DNA from: Thermodesulfobacteriota bacterium
GTDB lineage: Bacteria; Desulfobacterota_D; UBA1144; Nemesobacterales; Nemesobacteraceae
Reading direction: 5' to 3'
Assembly: GCA_965202785.1 (NCBI GenBank)
Contig: OZ241855.1
Location: 1,184,001 to 1,248,000, forward strand
Length of the DNA: 64,000 nucleotides
Below, one piece after another: positions 1 through 10,489 of the stretch. A program made the translations under genes and the position numbers. The notes under the pieces are model-generated. The model was not told where the DNA came from, ran no database searches, and saw nothing but the letters and a program-made list of their open reading frames with translations. How positions within the stretch are numbered: the first letter of the stretch is position 1; the number at the start of each line of letters is the position of its first letter.

Positions 1-1
1 G

Positions 2-850
2 CTCTACAACGTCGTTGCCTACGGAGTTTCAAAAGAAACGGGAACGATCGATTACGATGAGGTGAGGGAGCTTGCCTTGGAACATTCCCCAGGACTCATA
101 ATCGCCGGCTGGAGCGCTTACCCGAGGGATGTGGACTATGCGAAATTCAGAAGCATAGCGGATGAGTGCGGGGCGCTTTTGCTGGCCGACATAGCGCATC
201 CGGCGGGACTTGTGGTCGCCGGACTTCACTCGGATCCTGTGCCTCACTGTGATTTCGTAACGACTACCACCCATAAAACGCTTCGGGGACCGCGAGGCGG
301 AATGGTAATGATGAAGGAGCGGCATGCGAAGACCGTAAACAGCAGGGTTTTCCCAGGGACTCAGGGCGGTCCGCTGATGCATGTGATAGCGGCCAAGGCC
401 GTTGCGTTCAAGGAAGCTCTTGCGCCCGAGTTCTTAGAATACCAGCGCCAGATAGTGAAAAACGCACAGCGTCTCGGGGAAAATCTCGTAAACGCGGGTC
501 TTAAGCTTGTCTCGGGCGGAACCGATAACCACTTGGTGCTGGTTGATCTCACGGAAACCGAGTTTACGGGTCAGGTTGTTGAACAGACCCTGGAGAAGGC
601 GGGCATAACGGTCAATAAAAACACTATTCCCTTCGACCCCCGTCCTCCGATGGTCACAAGCGGCGTAAGGATCGGAACCCCCGCGATTACCACAAGGGGG
701 ATGAAGGAACCGGAAATCGACGTGATATCGGGCTTCATAATGGAGGCTTTTAACAATCATGAGAACGAAAAGATTCTCGGTAGAATAAAGGAAGACGTAA
801 AGGAACTGTGCCTGCGGTTTCCCGTTTACGGTCACAGGCTCGGCGGATGA
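2..850 (+). CDS. glyA: Serine hydroxymethyltransferase, 5'-truncated by the window edge
   Basis: Frame is open from base 2 (LYNVVAYGV...). Motifs: PLP-lysine [31 protein letters not shown]. Confidence 0.97.
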   Translation, partial: LYNVVAYGVSKETGTIDYDEVRELALEHSPGLIIAGWSAYPRDVDYAKFRSIADECGALLLADIAHPAGLVVAGLHSDPVPHCDFVTTTTHKTLRGPRGGMVMMKERHAKTVNSRVFPGTQGGPLMHVIAAKAVAFKEALAPEFLEYQRQIVKNAQRLGENLVNAGLKLVSGGTDNHLVLVDLTETEFTGQVVEQTLEKAGITVNKNTIPFDPRPPMVTSGVRIGTPAITTRGMKEPEIDVISGFIMEAFNNHENEKILGRIKEDVKELCLRFPVYGHRLGG

Positions 851-853
851 GAA

Positions 854-1312
854 ATGAAGTGCCCTTTCTGCAAATCTGATGACACCAGAGTAGTTGATTC
901 AAGAGAAGGGAAAGACGGTCTTTCCGTCAGAAGACGCAGGGAGTGCAACGACTGCCAGGAGAGATTTACCACCTACGAAAGAGTCCACCACGCCGAGGTG
1001 ATGGTGGTGAAAAAGGACGGCCGCAGGGAAGAGTTTGACCGCAACAAGATAATAGCCGGGATGCGCAAGGCGTGCGAGAAAAGGCCGGTAAGCACCGAAA
1101 TCATAGAGGATTTTGTTTCCGGTCTCGAAAAGGAGCTTCTCGAGAGGGGAGAGCGGGAGATATCGAGCGAAGAGATAGGGGAGAAGCTGATAGACAAGCT
1201 TTATGATATCGATCAGGTCGCGTACGTAAGGTTCGCTTCGGTCTACAGGTCGTTTAAGGACGTAAACGAGTTTCTCAACGAGGTAACGGGTCTCCTTAAG
1301 GAGAAGAAATAG
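854..1312 (+). CDS. nrdR: Transcriptional repressor NrdR
   Basis: CPFC...RRRREC..C..RFTTYE zinc ribbon, ATP cone (VVKKDGRRE), AYVRFASVY. glyA-nrdR adjacency is common. Confidence 0.97.
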   Translation: MKCPFCKSDDTRVVDSREGKDGLSVRRRRECNDCQERFTTYERVHHAEVMVVKKDGRREEFDRNKIIAGMRKACEKRPVSTEIIEDFVSGLEKELLERGEREISSEEIGEKLIDKLYDIDQVAYVRFASVYRSFKDVNEFLNEVTGLLKEKK

Positions 1313-1317
1313 GCCGC

Positions 1318-2100
1318 ATGCTGGTTGATTCCCACGCCCATCTGCTTAGCATTGAAGACCCCGTGGGTGCCGTGTCAAGGGCTGCGACCGAGGGAGTCGG
1401 GAAGATCATATCCATCGGGACTGGAATTGAGTCCTCCCTTTCGACCATAGAGCTTTCAAGGAGATACAGGGGAGTTTACGTGTCGGTGGGAATCCACCCG
1501 CACTCCGCTTCCAGTTTCAATGAAGGGGTGATGCGGGAATTTGAGGGAATGGTCGAAGACCCGAAAGTAGTGGCGATTGGAGAAACCGGACTTGATTATC
1601 ACTACATGAATTCTCCCAGGGAAGATCAGATAAGGTCGTTTGAAGCGCATATGGAGCTTGCGAGAAGACACGACCTTCCTTTCGTTGTTCACGTAAGGGA
1701 TGCGGAAGAGGAACTGCTTTCGATGCTCCGGGAGACCGACCTTGGTCCGAGGCCCGGGGTTATTCACTGTTTTTCAGGGGATTACGAAACGGCGAAGAAG
1801 TATCTTGATCTCGGTTTTTTCATCTCCTTCTCGGGCATAGTGACTTTCAAGAGGGCCGAGGAGGTAAGGGACGCGGCGGCCAGAATACCCATTGAGAGGC
1901 TTCTTTACGAGACGGATTCTCCTTACTTGGCGCCGGTGCCCCAGAGGGGAAAACCGAATGAGCCGTGCAATGTCATTCATGTGGCTAGGCTTATTTCGAA
2001 GCTCCGGGGACTGTCTCTTGAGGAATTTACTCAAATTGTTTTTGAGAACGTGACGGAGCTTTTCCCAAAAGTATCGAAAGACAAAGACGGTCTTATCTAA
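1318..2100 (+). CDS. tatD: TatD family metal-dependent DNase/hydrolase
   Basis: Motifs DSHAH, GIHPH, AIGETGLDY, VHVRDA, IHCFSG, ETDSPYLAP. Confidence 0.93.
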   Translation: MLVDSHAHLLSIEDPVGAVSRAATEGVGKIISIGTGIESSLSTIELSRRYRGVYVSVGIHPHSASSFNEGVMREFEGMVEDPKVVAIGETGLDYHYMNSPREDQIRSFEAHMELARRHDLPFVVHVRDAEEELLSMLRETDLGPRPGVIHCFSGDYETAKKYLDLGFFISFSGIVTFKRAEEVRDAAARIPIERLLYETDSPYLAPVPQRGKPNEPCNVIHVARLISKLRGLSLEEFTQIVFENVTELFPKVSKDKDGLI

Positions 2101-2126
2101 CTGAAGAGAAATCAAGAGGTGTTTTA

Positions 2127-3077
2127 GTGAGCGGAAAATCAAAAATAGCTGTAACGATGGGAGATCCGAACGGGATAGGCCCAGAGGTCTGCATAAGGGC
2201 TTTTTACGACGGTTTTTTCGAGGATATATACGATATCGTGTTTGTCGGAAGCGAACCGGTGCTGCATAGGGCTAACGGTGAGTTCGGAAAAGGCGGTCCC
2301 CTGTCGATTATAGATCCTACGGATTTTTCCTTGGCAGATATTGAGGCGGGCGTGAGATCTGAAAAAGCGGGGAGGGCATCTGTTGTGTGCATAGAAAAGG
2401 CCGTGGCCATGGCCCTTTCGGGAGAAGTTGACGCCATAGTTACGGCTCCCATAAGCAAGAGATCCATACACATGGCCGGTTCTACTTACCCGGGACACAC
2501 GGAAATGCTTATGGACCTTACGGGTTCTGAAAACGTGGTAATGCTTTTTGAAGGAACGAGGTTCCGCGTCGCGCCCGTGACGATACATGTTCCCCTTCGC
2601 GAAGTTCCGGACATGATTACGGAGGAAAGCGTTTATGTGACCGTCTCCATATCCGCCCGGGAACTCAAAAAAAGATTCGGCGTCGAAGATCCCAAGATAG
2701 TTGTCTGCGGGCTCAACCCGCACGCCGGAGAGTCGGGGTCTTTCGGAAACGAGGAGCAGGAGCATATAATTCCGGCTCTTGAGAGGGCGAGAGCCGAAGG
2801 AATATCTGTCGAGGGACCACTCCCCGCGGACACTCTTTTCTACGACGCTCTTCGCGGCAAGTGGGACCTTGTGGTCGCCATGTACCACGACCAAGGCTTC
2901 GTGCCCTTCAAGATGCTTTCTTTCGATACCGGAGTTAACGTAACTCTGGGACTGCCTATACTGCGGACTTCTCCTGACCACGGGACCGCTTTTGACATAG
3001 CGTGGAAGGGCGCGGCGCGCCCCGAGAGCATGATTCAGGCGATAAAAGTAGCCATGGAGATATGCGACCTAAGGTAA
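2127..3077 (+). CDS. pdxA: 4-hydroxythreonine-4-phosphate dehydrogenase
   Basis: Motifs TMGDPNGIGPE, PGHTE, LNPHAGE, MYHDQG, RTSPDHGTAFDIA. GTG start. Confidence 0.95.
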   Translation: MSGKSKIAVTMGDPNGIGPEVCIRAFYDGFFEDIYDIVFVGSEPVLHRANGEFGKGGPLSIIDPTDFSLADIEAGVRSEKAGRASVVCIEKAVAMALSGEVDAIVTAPISKRSIHMAGSTYPGHTEMLMDLTGSENVVMLFEGTRFRVAPVTIHVPLREVPDMITEESVYVTVSISARELKKRFGVEDPKIVVCGLNPHAGESGSFGNEEQEHIIPALERARAEGISVEGPLPADTLFYDALRGKWDLVVAMYHDQGFVPFKMLSFDTGVNVTLGLPILRTSPDHGTAFDIAWKGAARPESMIQAIKVAMEICDLR

Positions 3078-3322
3078 TAAGGCGCATCGGCGACGCAGTA
3101 ACGGATTTCAGAAGGCAGAAAATATAGACCTCTGTTTTCATCGGGGATCAGGTTGCTGTAACCTTGCCTGGGCGCCTTAGCAGGGAGTCATTACTTTGGC
3201 CCAGGCGGACTTTTCTACGCAATCCGGAGTTTTTCCTATCCAGAACCGGTAATTTTTCTTTACATTGCCGGGATAAGCAGTTTTTTAGAGTCTGAAAGGC
3301 GACCGGTTCCGCCACTACTAGT

Positions 3323-4777
3323 TTAATCCACAATCTTAAGTGGCATCATGGGAGGCCATATCTCAGTAATATCAGGAGATTCTGGTTGATTTGAACTTGA
3401 AGGAGCTTTTGGGTCTCCTGCGGAAATCCTTGCTTGTGCGGAAGCAGAAGAACACTCACCAGTGAGCATATAAGTGATAGCCTCCCTCAAACGGGCCTCT
3501 TGGGGGTCGCCAAGCTGATGTAGCACACCATCTCCCGCCCTGCAGGTTGGCCGGAAACCATCTTCATAACTGCCGAACCCCTTATCATTTACTCCCCTGA
3601 ATTGAATTAAGGAGTAGGTAGTACCGCAATTGTCTTCCGGAATAGAACCGTAGGGTTTGCCACAAGTGGTTGCACCGATCAAAACGACCTCGACATCAAT
3701 CCCCCGCAAACCATTAATAATAGCCTCGCTTGCTGAGCAGGTATTAGGGCCGGTTAAAATAAATACTCGCTCTAAATCAAGACTTGGCAAGGGAAGGTCG
3801 TTTGTACTCTGAGAAATAAACGGAAATGGATCTATAGGGGGGAGCTTGCCGTTATGGACAAGTGCGTCGAAGACTTTGTTTTCGGTAGCACGTGGGCCCG
3901 CGATCATGAACGCAAGCCGACTTGCGATAGTAACAAGGCCGCCGCCGTTATAGCGAAGGTCGAGCACCATCTCGTCAATATCTTGAGAAGCAAAGTTCCT
4001 AACGGCATTTATCAACCCTGCTTCCGCGGGGGAGATATGCTCGTTAAAAAGCATATAGCCAACCCGATGACCGGAAATGCGGTTTTCCAGCACCTTCCAC
4101 AGAACAGGGGTTTTAACTATCTCTGCGGATGTCATAGTTACAGAGCGTGCCTGTGATTCTCCGAACATTCTGATAGTAAACTCATGCCTTTCAGGGGCAG
4201 ATGGGAATAAGGCAGAAATCAACTGCTCATCTGGGATGCTATCAGTTGGGATGCCGTCGATCTCAGAAACAAGCATGCCGCGTCTCAAACCCGCCTTGTC
4301 TGCTGGTGAGTTTGGCTCCACGTGAAGTATAAAGATTCCTTCTTCATATCGTCTTAAAATAAAACCATATCCGAAGTCCAAGCCTCTTTGGGAATCTATG
4401 AATTCGCTAGTATTTACTGAGAAATGAAACTGGTCTTTAGGGTTGCCTGAGGAGGTCATCTCCAAGGTCTTCATCAGTTCAAAGTATTCAGGCGTACTGC
4501 AACATGCCGGGTCCGTGTCCACAACTTCATCATACCAAAGATAGGTTTCGTTAGTGAACGATCGCAACCAGTTGTTTTCATCCACGTATGTTCCTTGGAC
4601 GGCGGTTTCCTGGTCATAGGCCTTGCTTGGATCAGCGCAGACTTGATGGAAATTGTCACTAGGAGGAAATACTCCTTCTTGCCATGTGGCTGGTGATGTT
4701 TGTCCATCATCATCACCCCCGCCGCCACAACCGACCACCGTAAGCAAAAACAACGCAAGAATAGATATTCTAAGCAT
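3323..4777 (-). CDS. S41 family peptidase with PDZ domain, predicted lipoprotein
   Basis: Lipobox VVGC followed by GGGG/DDD linker; PDZ-like segment (PNSPADKAGLRRG); LDLRYNGGG and TCSASE catalytic motifs. Confidence 0.85.
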   Translation of the reverse strand: MLRISILALFLLTVVGCGGGGDDDGQTSPATWQEGVFPPSDNFHQVCADPSKAYDQETAVQGTYVDENNWLRSFTNETYLWYDEVVDTDPACCSTPEYFELMKTLEMTSSGNPKDQFHFSVNTSEFIDSQRGLDFGYGFILRRYEEGIFILHVEPNSPADKAGLRRGMLVSEIDGIPTDSIPDEQLISALFPSAPERHEFTIRMFGESQARSVTMTSAEIVKTPVLWKVLENRISGHRVGYMLFNEHISPAEAGLINAVRNFASQDIDEMVLDLRYNGGGLVTIASRLAFMIAGPRATENKVFDALVHNGKLPPIDPFPFISQSTNDLPLPSLDLERVFILTGPNTCSASEAIINGLRGIDVEVVLIGATTCGKPYGSIPEDNCGTTYSLIQFRGVNDKGFGSYEDGFRPTCRAGDGVLHQLGDPQEARLREAITYMLTGECSSASAQARISAGDPKAPSSSNQPESPDITEIWPPMMPLKIVD

Positions 4778-5029
4778 TAAATGCTCCTTGGTTCACCGAA
4801 AGAATTTTCCTGAAAACGAATCATGTGCAACCAGAACGGTTGGTACTGTAACATAGAGATGCTGAGGATTCAAAAAAGAGTTATGGGAATAATATATCAT
4901 GTCAGTCAAAAGGTAATATGAATATGAGAAAAGAACGACGTGCAGAGGCGCCTGATTTTTCTAAGTCCTCGTGAATTTTTTTGGGTGGATTCTCTCATCC
5001 GGGATCCGGAGACCCGGCCTGATTTTTTG

Positions 5030-5785
5030 TTACATGCGGTTTCTGGAGGTTTCGGATTCCACGAGGAGGGGTAGGACCTCTCCCGATTTACCCATCACGC
5101 TTGCGTCGTAAAGCCCCGTACCGGGGGTCACGTCAATATTGATTTCCACTACGGGTTTTTTGCTTTTTTTCGCTATAAGCCCCATTGAAGCCGCGGGTTC
5201 GACCACTCCCGAGGTTCCCACTATCAGAAGAAGATCGCATTGCTCTATTGCGAACAGGCACCTGTCTATTCTCTCCATCGGAATGATTTCTCCGAACAGC
5301 ACGGTGTTCGGCTTCATTATGGCGTCGCAGGCGCTACACTTGGGGGGGAGTTCCGGAATAGGCACCTGGTAGTTCTTTTCCACTTTTTCGCATTCCGTTT
5401 CCGTGCATTTAATTTCCCAGAGGCTTCCGTGAAGCTCTATTACGTTTCGGGTTCCGGCCGCGAAGTGGAGGCCGTCTACATTTTGCGTTATGAGCGTGAA
5501 ATCCCTTTTTTCTTTTTCAAGGGCGGTTATGGCGAAGTGACCTGGGTTGGGCTTGGCATTTTTCATTATGGCTCTTCTTGAGTCATACCACTCCCATACG
5601 AGCTTGGGATTTTTGAAAAAGGCTTCGGGCGTCGCAAGTTCGTGGGGATCGTAATTCCTCCAGAGCCCTTCTTCTCCCCTGTATGTGGGAATGCCGCTTT
5701 CAGCAGAGATTCCCGCTCCCGTGAGGACGACGATTTCGTTGGAACCGCTTATAAGTTCATACGCTTTTGCGATATCTTTTTCCAT
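5030..5785 (-). CDS. cobB: NAD-dependent protein deacylase (class III sirtuin)
   Basis: GAGISAESGIPT, TQNVDGLH, HGS, two Cys pairs, GTSG. A YxxR motif (YDSR) is typical of desuccinylating class III sirtuins. Confidence 0.93.
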   Translation of the reverse strand: MEKDIAKAYELISGSNEIVVLTGAGISAESGIPTYRGEEGLWRNYDPHELATPEAFFKNPKLVWEWYDSRRAIMKNAKPNPGHFAITALEKEKRDFTLITQNVDGLHFAAGTRNVIELHGSLWEIKCTETECEKVEKNYQVPIPELPPKCSACDAIMKPNTVLFGEIIPMERIDRCLFAIEQCDLLLIVGTSGVVEPAASMGLIAKKSKKPVVEINIDVTPGTGLYDASVMGKSGEVLPLLVESETSRNRM

Positions 5786-5874
5786 GTTCGGGCAACCCGG
5801 GATATGTTAACCGTTTTACGGGTTTTTTCCCATTACTCACCGTAAAAACATGGTTGGGGGAACGGGAGATTTTC

Positions 5875-5902
5875 TTGACAATTCATCCCCTGATACTAAC
5901 CT
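5875..5902 (+). promoter_or_regulatory. Putative sigma70 promoter for nuoABCD
   Basis: TTGACA (5875-5880), 16 nt spacer, TAACCT (5897-5902), just upstream of the likely GTG start at 5913. Confidence 0.4.
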
Positions 5903-5912
5903 TGTTTGTGTT

Positions 5913-6272
5913 GTGTTAGAGCAGTATGTTCCCGTCCTCCTGATAATAGTAATAGCGATCGTTCTGGCCGCGGCGCTTCTGTCCGTTTCCTATCTGCTCG
6001 GTCCGAAAAGATACGGAAGCTGGCGCAAGCTGATTCCGTATGAATCGGGAATGATTCCCAAGGGAGATGCGAGGGAGAAGATTTCGCTCAAGTATTACCT
6101 TATAGGAGCCCTTTTTATACTGTTTGACATAGAAATCGTGTTCCTTGTAGCCTGGGCGGTTGTGTTCAGAGAGCTTGGGATGGTGGCACTTATTGAGGTG
6201 CTGGCATTCCTTGTTGTTGTAATAGGCGGGTACTTTTACGTTCTCAAGAAAGGAGCTTTGGAATGGGAGTAA
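5913..6272 (+). CDS. nuoA: NADH-quinone oxidoreductase subunit A
   Basis: [27 protein letters not shown]. Start moved from the ORF track's 5850 to the in-frame GTG at 5913 to fit family length. Confidence 0.93.
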   Translation: MLEQYVPVLLIIVIAIVLAAALLSVSYLLGPKRYGSWRKLIPYESGMIPKGDAREKISLKYYLIGALFILFDIEIVFLVAWAVVFRELGMVALIEVLAFLVVVIGGYFYVLKKGALEWE

Positions 6273-6748
6273 GCAGCGGACCACTTCTCGGCGGAGACGG
6301 TTTTCTCACGACCAAGATCTCAGCGGTTGCCAACTGGGGAAGAAAGAACAGCCTCTGGCCCATGGCTTTCGGAACCGCCTGCTGCGCTATTGAGATGATG
6401 GGGACTTTTTCCTCGAGGTTCGATATCGCGAGGTTCGGGGCCGAAGCCGTGAGGTTCTCGCCGAGGCAGGCGGATCTGATGATAGTTTCGGGGACCATAA
6501 CCTACAAGATGGCGTCGGTTTGCAGAAGGATCTACGAGCAGATGCCCGAGCCCAAGTGGGTAATAGCGATGGGGTCGTGCACGTGCGGTGGCGGACCTTT
6601 TGACAGTTACGCTGTTGTTCAGGGAATAGACGAGTTTCTTCCGGTGGATGTTTACGTCGGTGGCTGTCCGCCGAGACCCGAAGCCCTTATTGACGCCGTG
6701 ATGAAAATCCAGAAGAAAATAGATAACGAGGGCCCCCCGATCGTATGA
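6263..6748 (+). CDS. nuoB: NADH-quinone oxidoreductase subunit B
   Basis: [27 protein letters not shown] (N2 cluster ligands). Confidence 0.96.
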   Translation: MGVSSGPLLGGDGFLTTKISAVANWGRKNSLWPMAFGTACCAIEMMGTFSSRFDIARFGAEAVRFSPRQADLMIVSGTITYKMASVCRRIYEQMPEPKWVIAMGSCTCGGGPFDSYAVVQGIDEFLPVDVYVGGCPPRPEALIDAVMKIQKKIDNEGPPIV

Positions 6749-7263
6749 CCGCCCCACCTGACCCTGTCGATCAAATAAGGGAACAAATAAGCGGGTACAT
6801 CCTTTCGGAGAGCGAATTCCGCGGGGAGACCACCTTTACCGTAAAGGCAGAATCGATAGTCGAGTGCTGTTCGCTTCTGAAAAACACCCTCGGTTTTACT
6901 TACCTTGTGGACGTTACGGTTGTTGACTACCTGACCGTTAAATTCCCGAGGTACGAGGTTGTCTACCTCCTTCACCGTTTTGGTGAGAACTACGAAGAGA
7001 ACATGAGAATAAGGCTCAAGGCTGCTCTTGAGCAGGATAACCCCGCAATTGATTCCGTAACGTCGGTGTGGTCCGGGGCGAACTGGCTTGAGAGAGAGGC
7101 CTACGATATGTTCGGGATAACTTTCAGGGGACATCCCGACCCGAGAAGAATACTTATGCCCGAGGATTACGATCAGTTTCCGCTGAGAAAGGATTTCGAC
7201 GTGAGAGACAGGGAATCTTCAAAGAGATCTTTCGAGCGGGCTCTTGATGAAGGGCTTGATTGA
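6745..7263 (+). CDS. nuoC: NADH-quinone oxidoreductase subunit C
   Basis: [27 protein letters not shown]. Confidence 0.95.
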   Translation: MTAPPDPVDQIREQISGYILSESEFRGETTFTVKAESIVECCSLLKNTLGFTYLVDVTVVDYLTVKFPRYEVVYLLHRFGENYEENMRIRLKAALEQDNPAIDSVTSVWSGANWLEREAYDMFGITFRGHPDPRRILMPEDYDQFPLRKDFDVRDRESSKRSFERALDEGLD

Positions 7264-8489
7264 TGGAAAGAGTAGAGATTGTCACAGAAGAACTTGGCAC
7301 TGAGGCCGACGGCACGAGAAAGCAGACCATGATGCTTAACATGGGGCCGCAGCATCCGTCAACCCACGGGGTTCTGCGGGTGGTTCTTTATCTTGACGGA
7401 GAGAGAGTCAAGGAGGCCGTTCCTCATATCGGTTACCTGCACAGGGGAATAGAGAAGCTCTGCGAGGACATTACCTATCAGAAATGTCTTCCGTATACCG
7501 ACAGGATGGATTACCTGGCCTCGATATGCAACAACATAGGCTTCATACTGGCCGTTGAGAAGCTCCTTGGGATTGAGGATGAAATTCCCGAAAGAGCCAA
7601 GGTCGCCGAGGTGATAATGTTTGAGCTCGGAAGAATCGAGTCCCACCTCATAGGCATAGGCGCAAACGCGATGGATCTCGGCGCTATGACCGCCTTTCTT
7701 TTCTGTTTCAAGGAGAGGGAGCGTATCTACGAGATTCTCGAGATGGTGTGCGGAGCGAGACTCACGACTTCCTACCCCAGGGTGGGGGGGCTCCCCATGG
7801 ATCTTCCCGAAGATTTCTCAGACACGATAAGGAATTTTCTTAAGATATTCCCTGGGACTTTAAGCGAGATAGACAGGCTTCTTACGAGAAACAAGATATG
7901 GATCGATCGCACTAAAGAAGTGGCGGTTATAAGCAAGGAGCAGGCGATTGATCTCGGGATTACCGGTCCCATACTGAGAGGAAGCGGCGTTCCGTACGAT
8001 GTGAGAAAAGCCGTTCCCTACCTTGATTACGAAAACTACGAGTTCGACGTACCGGTCGCCAATGAAGGAGACGCGTACGCCAGGTACCTCTGCAGAATGG
8101 AGGAGATGAGACAGAGCCTTCGCATAATCGAGCAGGCTCTTGACAATCTTCCCGACGGCCCCTACATAGCCGACCTTCCCGATATCGTCTTGCCCGAAAA
8201 AGAGCTTGTCTACACTAAAATGGAATCCCTGATCAGGCATTTCGTGCTGGTCTACAGCGGTTTTGAGACTCCTCCGGGGGAGATATACCACGCCGTGGAG
8301 AACCCCAAGGGGGAGCTTGGTTACTACATAGTAAGCGACGGTACGGGAAAACCCTACAGGATGCGGGTTCGTGGGCCGTCGTTTGTGAACCTGCAGGCCC
8401 TTCCGGATATGGTAAAGGGGGGATTCGTCTCCGATGTCGTTGCCGCAATAGGCAGCATCGACATAGTGCTCGGGGAAGTTGACCGCTGA
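7263..8489 (+). CDS. nuoD: NADH-quinone oxidoreductase subunit D
   Basis: NMGPQHPSTHGVLR, GYLHRGIEK, ENPKGELG, C-terminal GEVDR. ATG overlaps the nuoC stop. Confidence 0.97.
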   Translation: MERVEIVTEELGTEADGTRKQTMMLNMGPQHPSTHGVLRVVLYLDGERVKEAVPHIGYLHRGIEKLCEDITYQKCLPYTDRMDYLASICNNIGFILAVEKLLGIEDEIPERAKVAEVIMFELGRIESHLIGIGANAMDLGAMTAFLFCFKERERIYEILEMVCGARLTTSYPRVGGLPMDLPEDFSDTIRNFLKIFPGTLSEIDRLLTRNKIWIDRTKEVAVISKEQAIDLGITGPILRGSGVPYDVRKAVPYLDYENYEFDVPVANEGDAYARYLCRMEEMRQSLRIIEQALDNLPDGPYIADLPDIVLPEKELVYTKMESLIRHFVLVYSGFETPPGEIYHAVENPKGELGYYIVSDGTGKPYRMRVRGPSFVNLQALPDMVKGGFVSDVVAAIGSIDIVLGEVDR

Positions 8490-8697
8490 TTAAATCAGGA
8501 AAGACTGCCACTATCCCTGACGCTACGGGATCATCCCCGGACCTGTCGTAGTCGTTTAAGTCTTCATGGCCGCGGCAGAAAACAGCAACCTTTGGGCTGT
8601 CCACGTCTCTCTCCATTGACTGAGTGCTCATTTGACGCAATCTCGGAACACCAGCTACTCTTTACGCCAGCGATGAAACCTGACTCGGAGGTTTGGC

Positions 8698-10446
8698 TTG
8701 GCTTCAACCCCTATAAACGATCACATCCGCTATGAGCCGGACGAAAAATGCACGCCGCTCTCTTCCTTCGTCGTCGCCATACAGGGCATCGTGCTTGTGC
8801 TGCCGCTCGCAGTCTCGATAGTGGTTATCAATGTTCTGGCGACCGGCCAGGATGAAGCATATCTGACTTGGTCCGTATTTTCGGCGCTGATAATCGTAGG
8901 GATAGTCACTGCGCTGCAAGCCTCCAGGATAAGCCGATTTGGCGCGGGACATCTGGTCGTTATGGGAGTGACGCCCAACTACATCCCGCTGTCGGTACTT
9001 GCCCTGCATGAGGGAGGGCCAGCGATGCTGGCCAGTCTGATGGTCGTGTCTGCGCTCTTTTTCTTTGCGATAGCGACAAGGCTTCCGCAGCTGCGGCGCG
9101 TGATAACGCCGACTGTGTCAGGCACGGTGCTTATGCTGATAGCCGTGATGGTGCTGCCCATCTGTTTGGATCGATTCGGGGAAGTGCCGGAGGGTGGGTC
9201 GGCATTCGCCGGGCTGTGCGTGGCTGCGGTAACGCTTGTGGTATCCACGGTGCTGATACTGCGCGCCCCGCGGCGCTGGCGCCCGTGGTCCATACTGATC
9301 GGATTCGTGTCCGGCTGCGTGGTCGCCGTCCTCCTGGGAGTGTATGACCTGGAGCCATTGTACGCAGCGCCATGGGTAGGCATTCCCCAAGTCGGTTTCC
9401 AGGGGCTGGACCTTACATTGGCTGCCGGATTCTGGGCGCTGCTGCCGATGTTCCTGATTGTCACTCTGGTGCAGGCGATCAAAGGCATTGGGGACAACGT
9501 GGTGATCCAGCGGGTGTCGCGGCGCAGACCGAGGACGACCGATTTTCGGCTGCTGCAAGGCTCACTCTACTCAAATGGGCTGGGTGTTTTGCTATCAGGT
9601 CTTGCCGGAACGCCTCCTGCGTCGCCATACTCGTCATTCACGGCGTCGGTCGTGAACATGACGGGAGTCGCTGCCCGCAATGTGGGATACGTCATAGCGG
9701 TCATGCTTCTGGTACTGGCATTGCTGCCAAAGTTCACGGGCGCGCTGCTCACCATACCCAGTCCGGTGATGGGGGCATTTCTCTTGATTGCTGTGGGGAT
9801 ATTTTTTGTTGAGGGAGTACAGACTATCGTGCGTGACGGACTCGACTTTCAAAAGACCATTGTGGTAGGCGTGTCGTTCGCGCTTGGTGCCGGGTTCGAG
9901 CAACAGAACATTCTTGAGAACTTGCTCGTGCACCCGTGGGGCACACTGCTTGGCAATGGCATCACAGTGGGCGCGGCAACGGCGATTGCGCTCAACATCT
10001 TCCTGAATGTAACCAGTCCGCGGTCACGGAAACTCGAGGTTCGACTGGACTTTTCCGACCTGCCGCGAATCGACGCTTTCATGCAGGAAGTTGCAGCCAA
10101 TATGCACTGGAGCGAGGAGGCGACCCGGCGGCTGCGTTCGGCGGGCGAGGAGACGCTCTCGAGCCTGCTGCAGCCGGACAGCGAGTATCCCGCGGATAGC
10201 AGGCCGGACAAGACGCCGCGCCTGATCATAGCCGTGCGTCCCGACGGCAGGGCGGTGGAGATGGAATTCATCTCGACGCTTGAGGACGAGGAGAACCTGG
10301 AAGACCGTCTCGCGTATCTTAACGAAGAGGACGAAAGCGTGGACGAGAGGGAAGTATCGTTCCGCCTGCTGCGTCATTATGCCTCATCGGTGCGCCACCG
10401 GAAATATCAGGGGATGGATATCGTCGCGGTGCGGGTCGAAGCGTAA
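8698..10446 (+). CDS. NCS2 (xanthine/uracil permease-like) transporter with C-terminal soluble domain; SupE-like
   Basis: Many hydrophobic helices; ITPTVSGTVLMLI and IPSPVMG motifs of NCS2; TTG start with GGAGG RBS; extra ~140 aa hydrophilic tail. Confidence 0.8.
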   Translation: MASTPINDHIRYEPDEKCTPLSSFVVAIQGIVLVLPLAVSIVVINVLATGQDEAYLTWSVFSALIIVGIVTALQASRISRFGAGHLVVMGVTPNYIPLSVLALHEGGPAMLASLMVVSALFFFAIATRLPQLRRVITPTVSGTVLMLIAVMVLPICLDRFGEVPEGGSAFAGLCVAAVTLVVSTVLILRAPRRWRPWSILIGFVSGCVVAVLLGVYDLEPLYAAPWVGIPQVGFQGLDLTLAAGFWALLPMFLIVTLVQAIKGIGDNVVIQRVSRRRPRTTDFRLLQGSLYSNGLGVLLSGLAGTPPASPYSSFTASVVNMTGVAARNVGYVIAVMLLVLALLPKFTGALLTIPSPVMGAFLLIAVGIFFVEGVQTIVRDGLDFQKTIVVGVSFALGAGFEQQNILENLLVHPWGTLLGNGITVGAATAIALNIFLNVTSPRSRKLEVRLDFSDLPRIDAFMQEVAANMHWSEEATRRLRSAGEETLSSLLQPDSEYPADSRPDKTPRLIIAVRPDGRAVEMEFISTLEDEENLEDRLAYLNEEDESVDEREVSFRLLRHYASSVRHRKYQGMDIVAVRVEA

Positions 10447-10489
10447 CGACGGCTTGGGTCGGCGAGCCAACGCAAGGGAAGAGTCGAGT

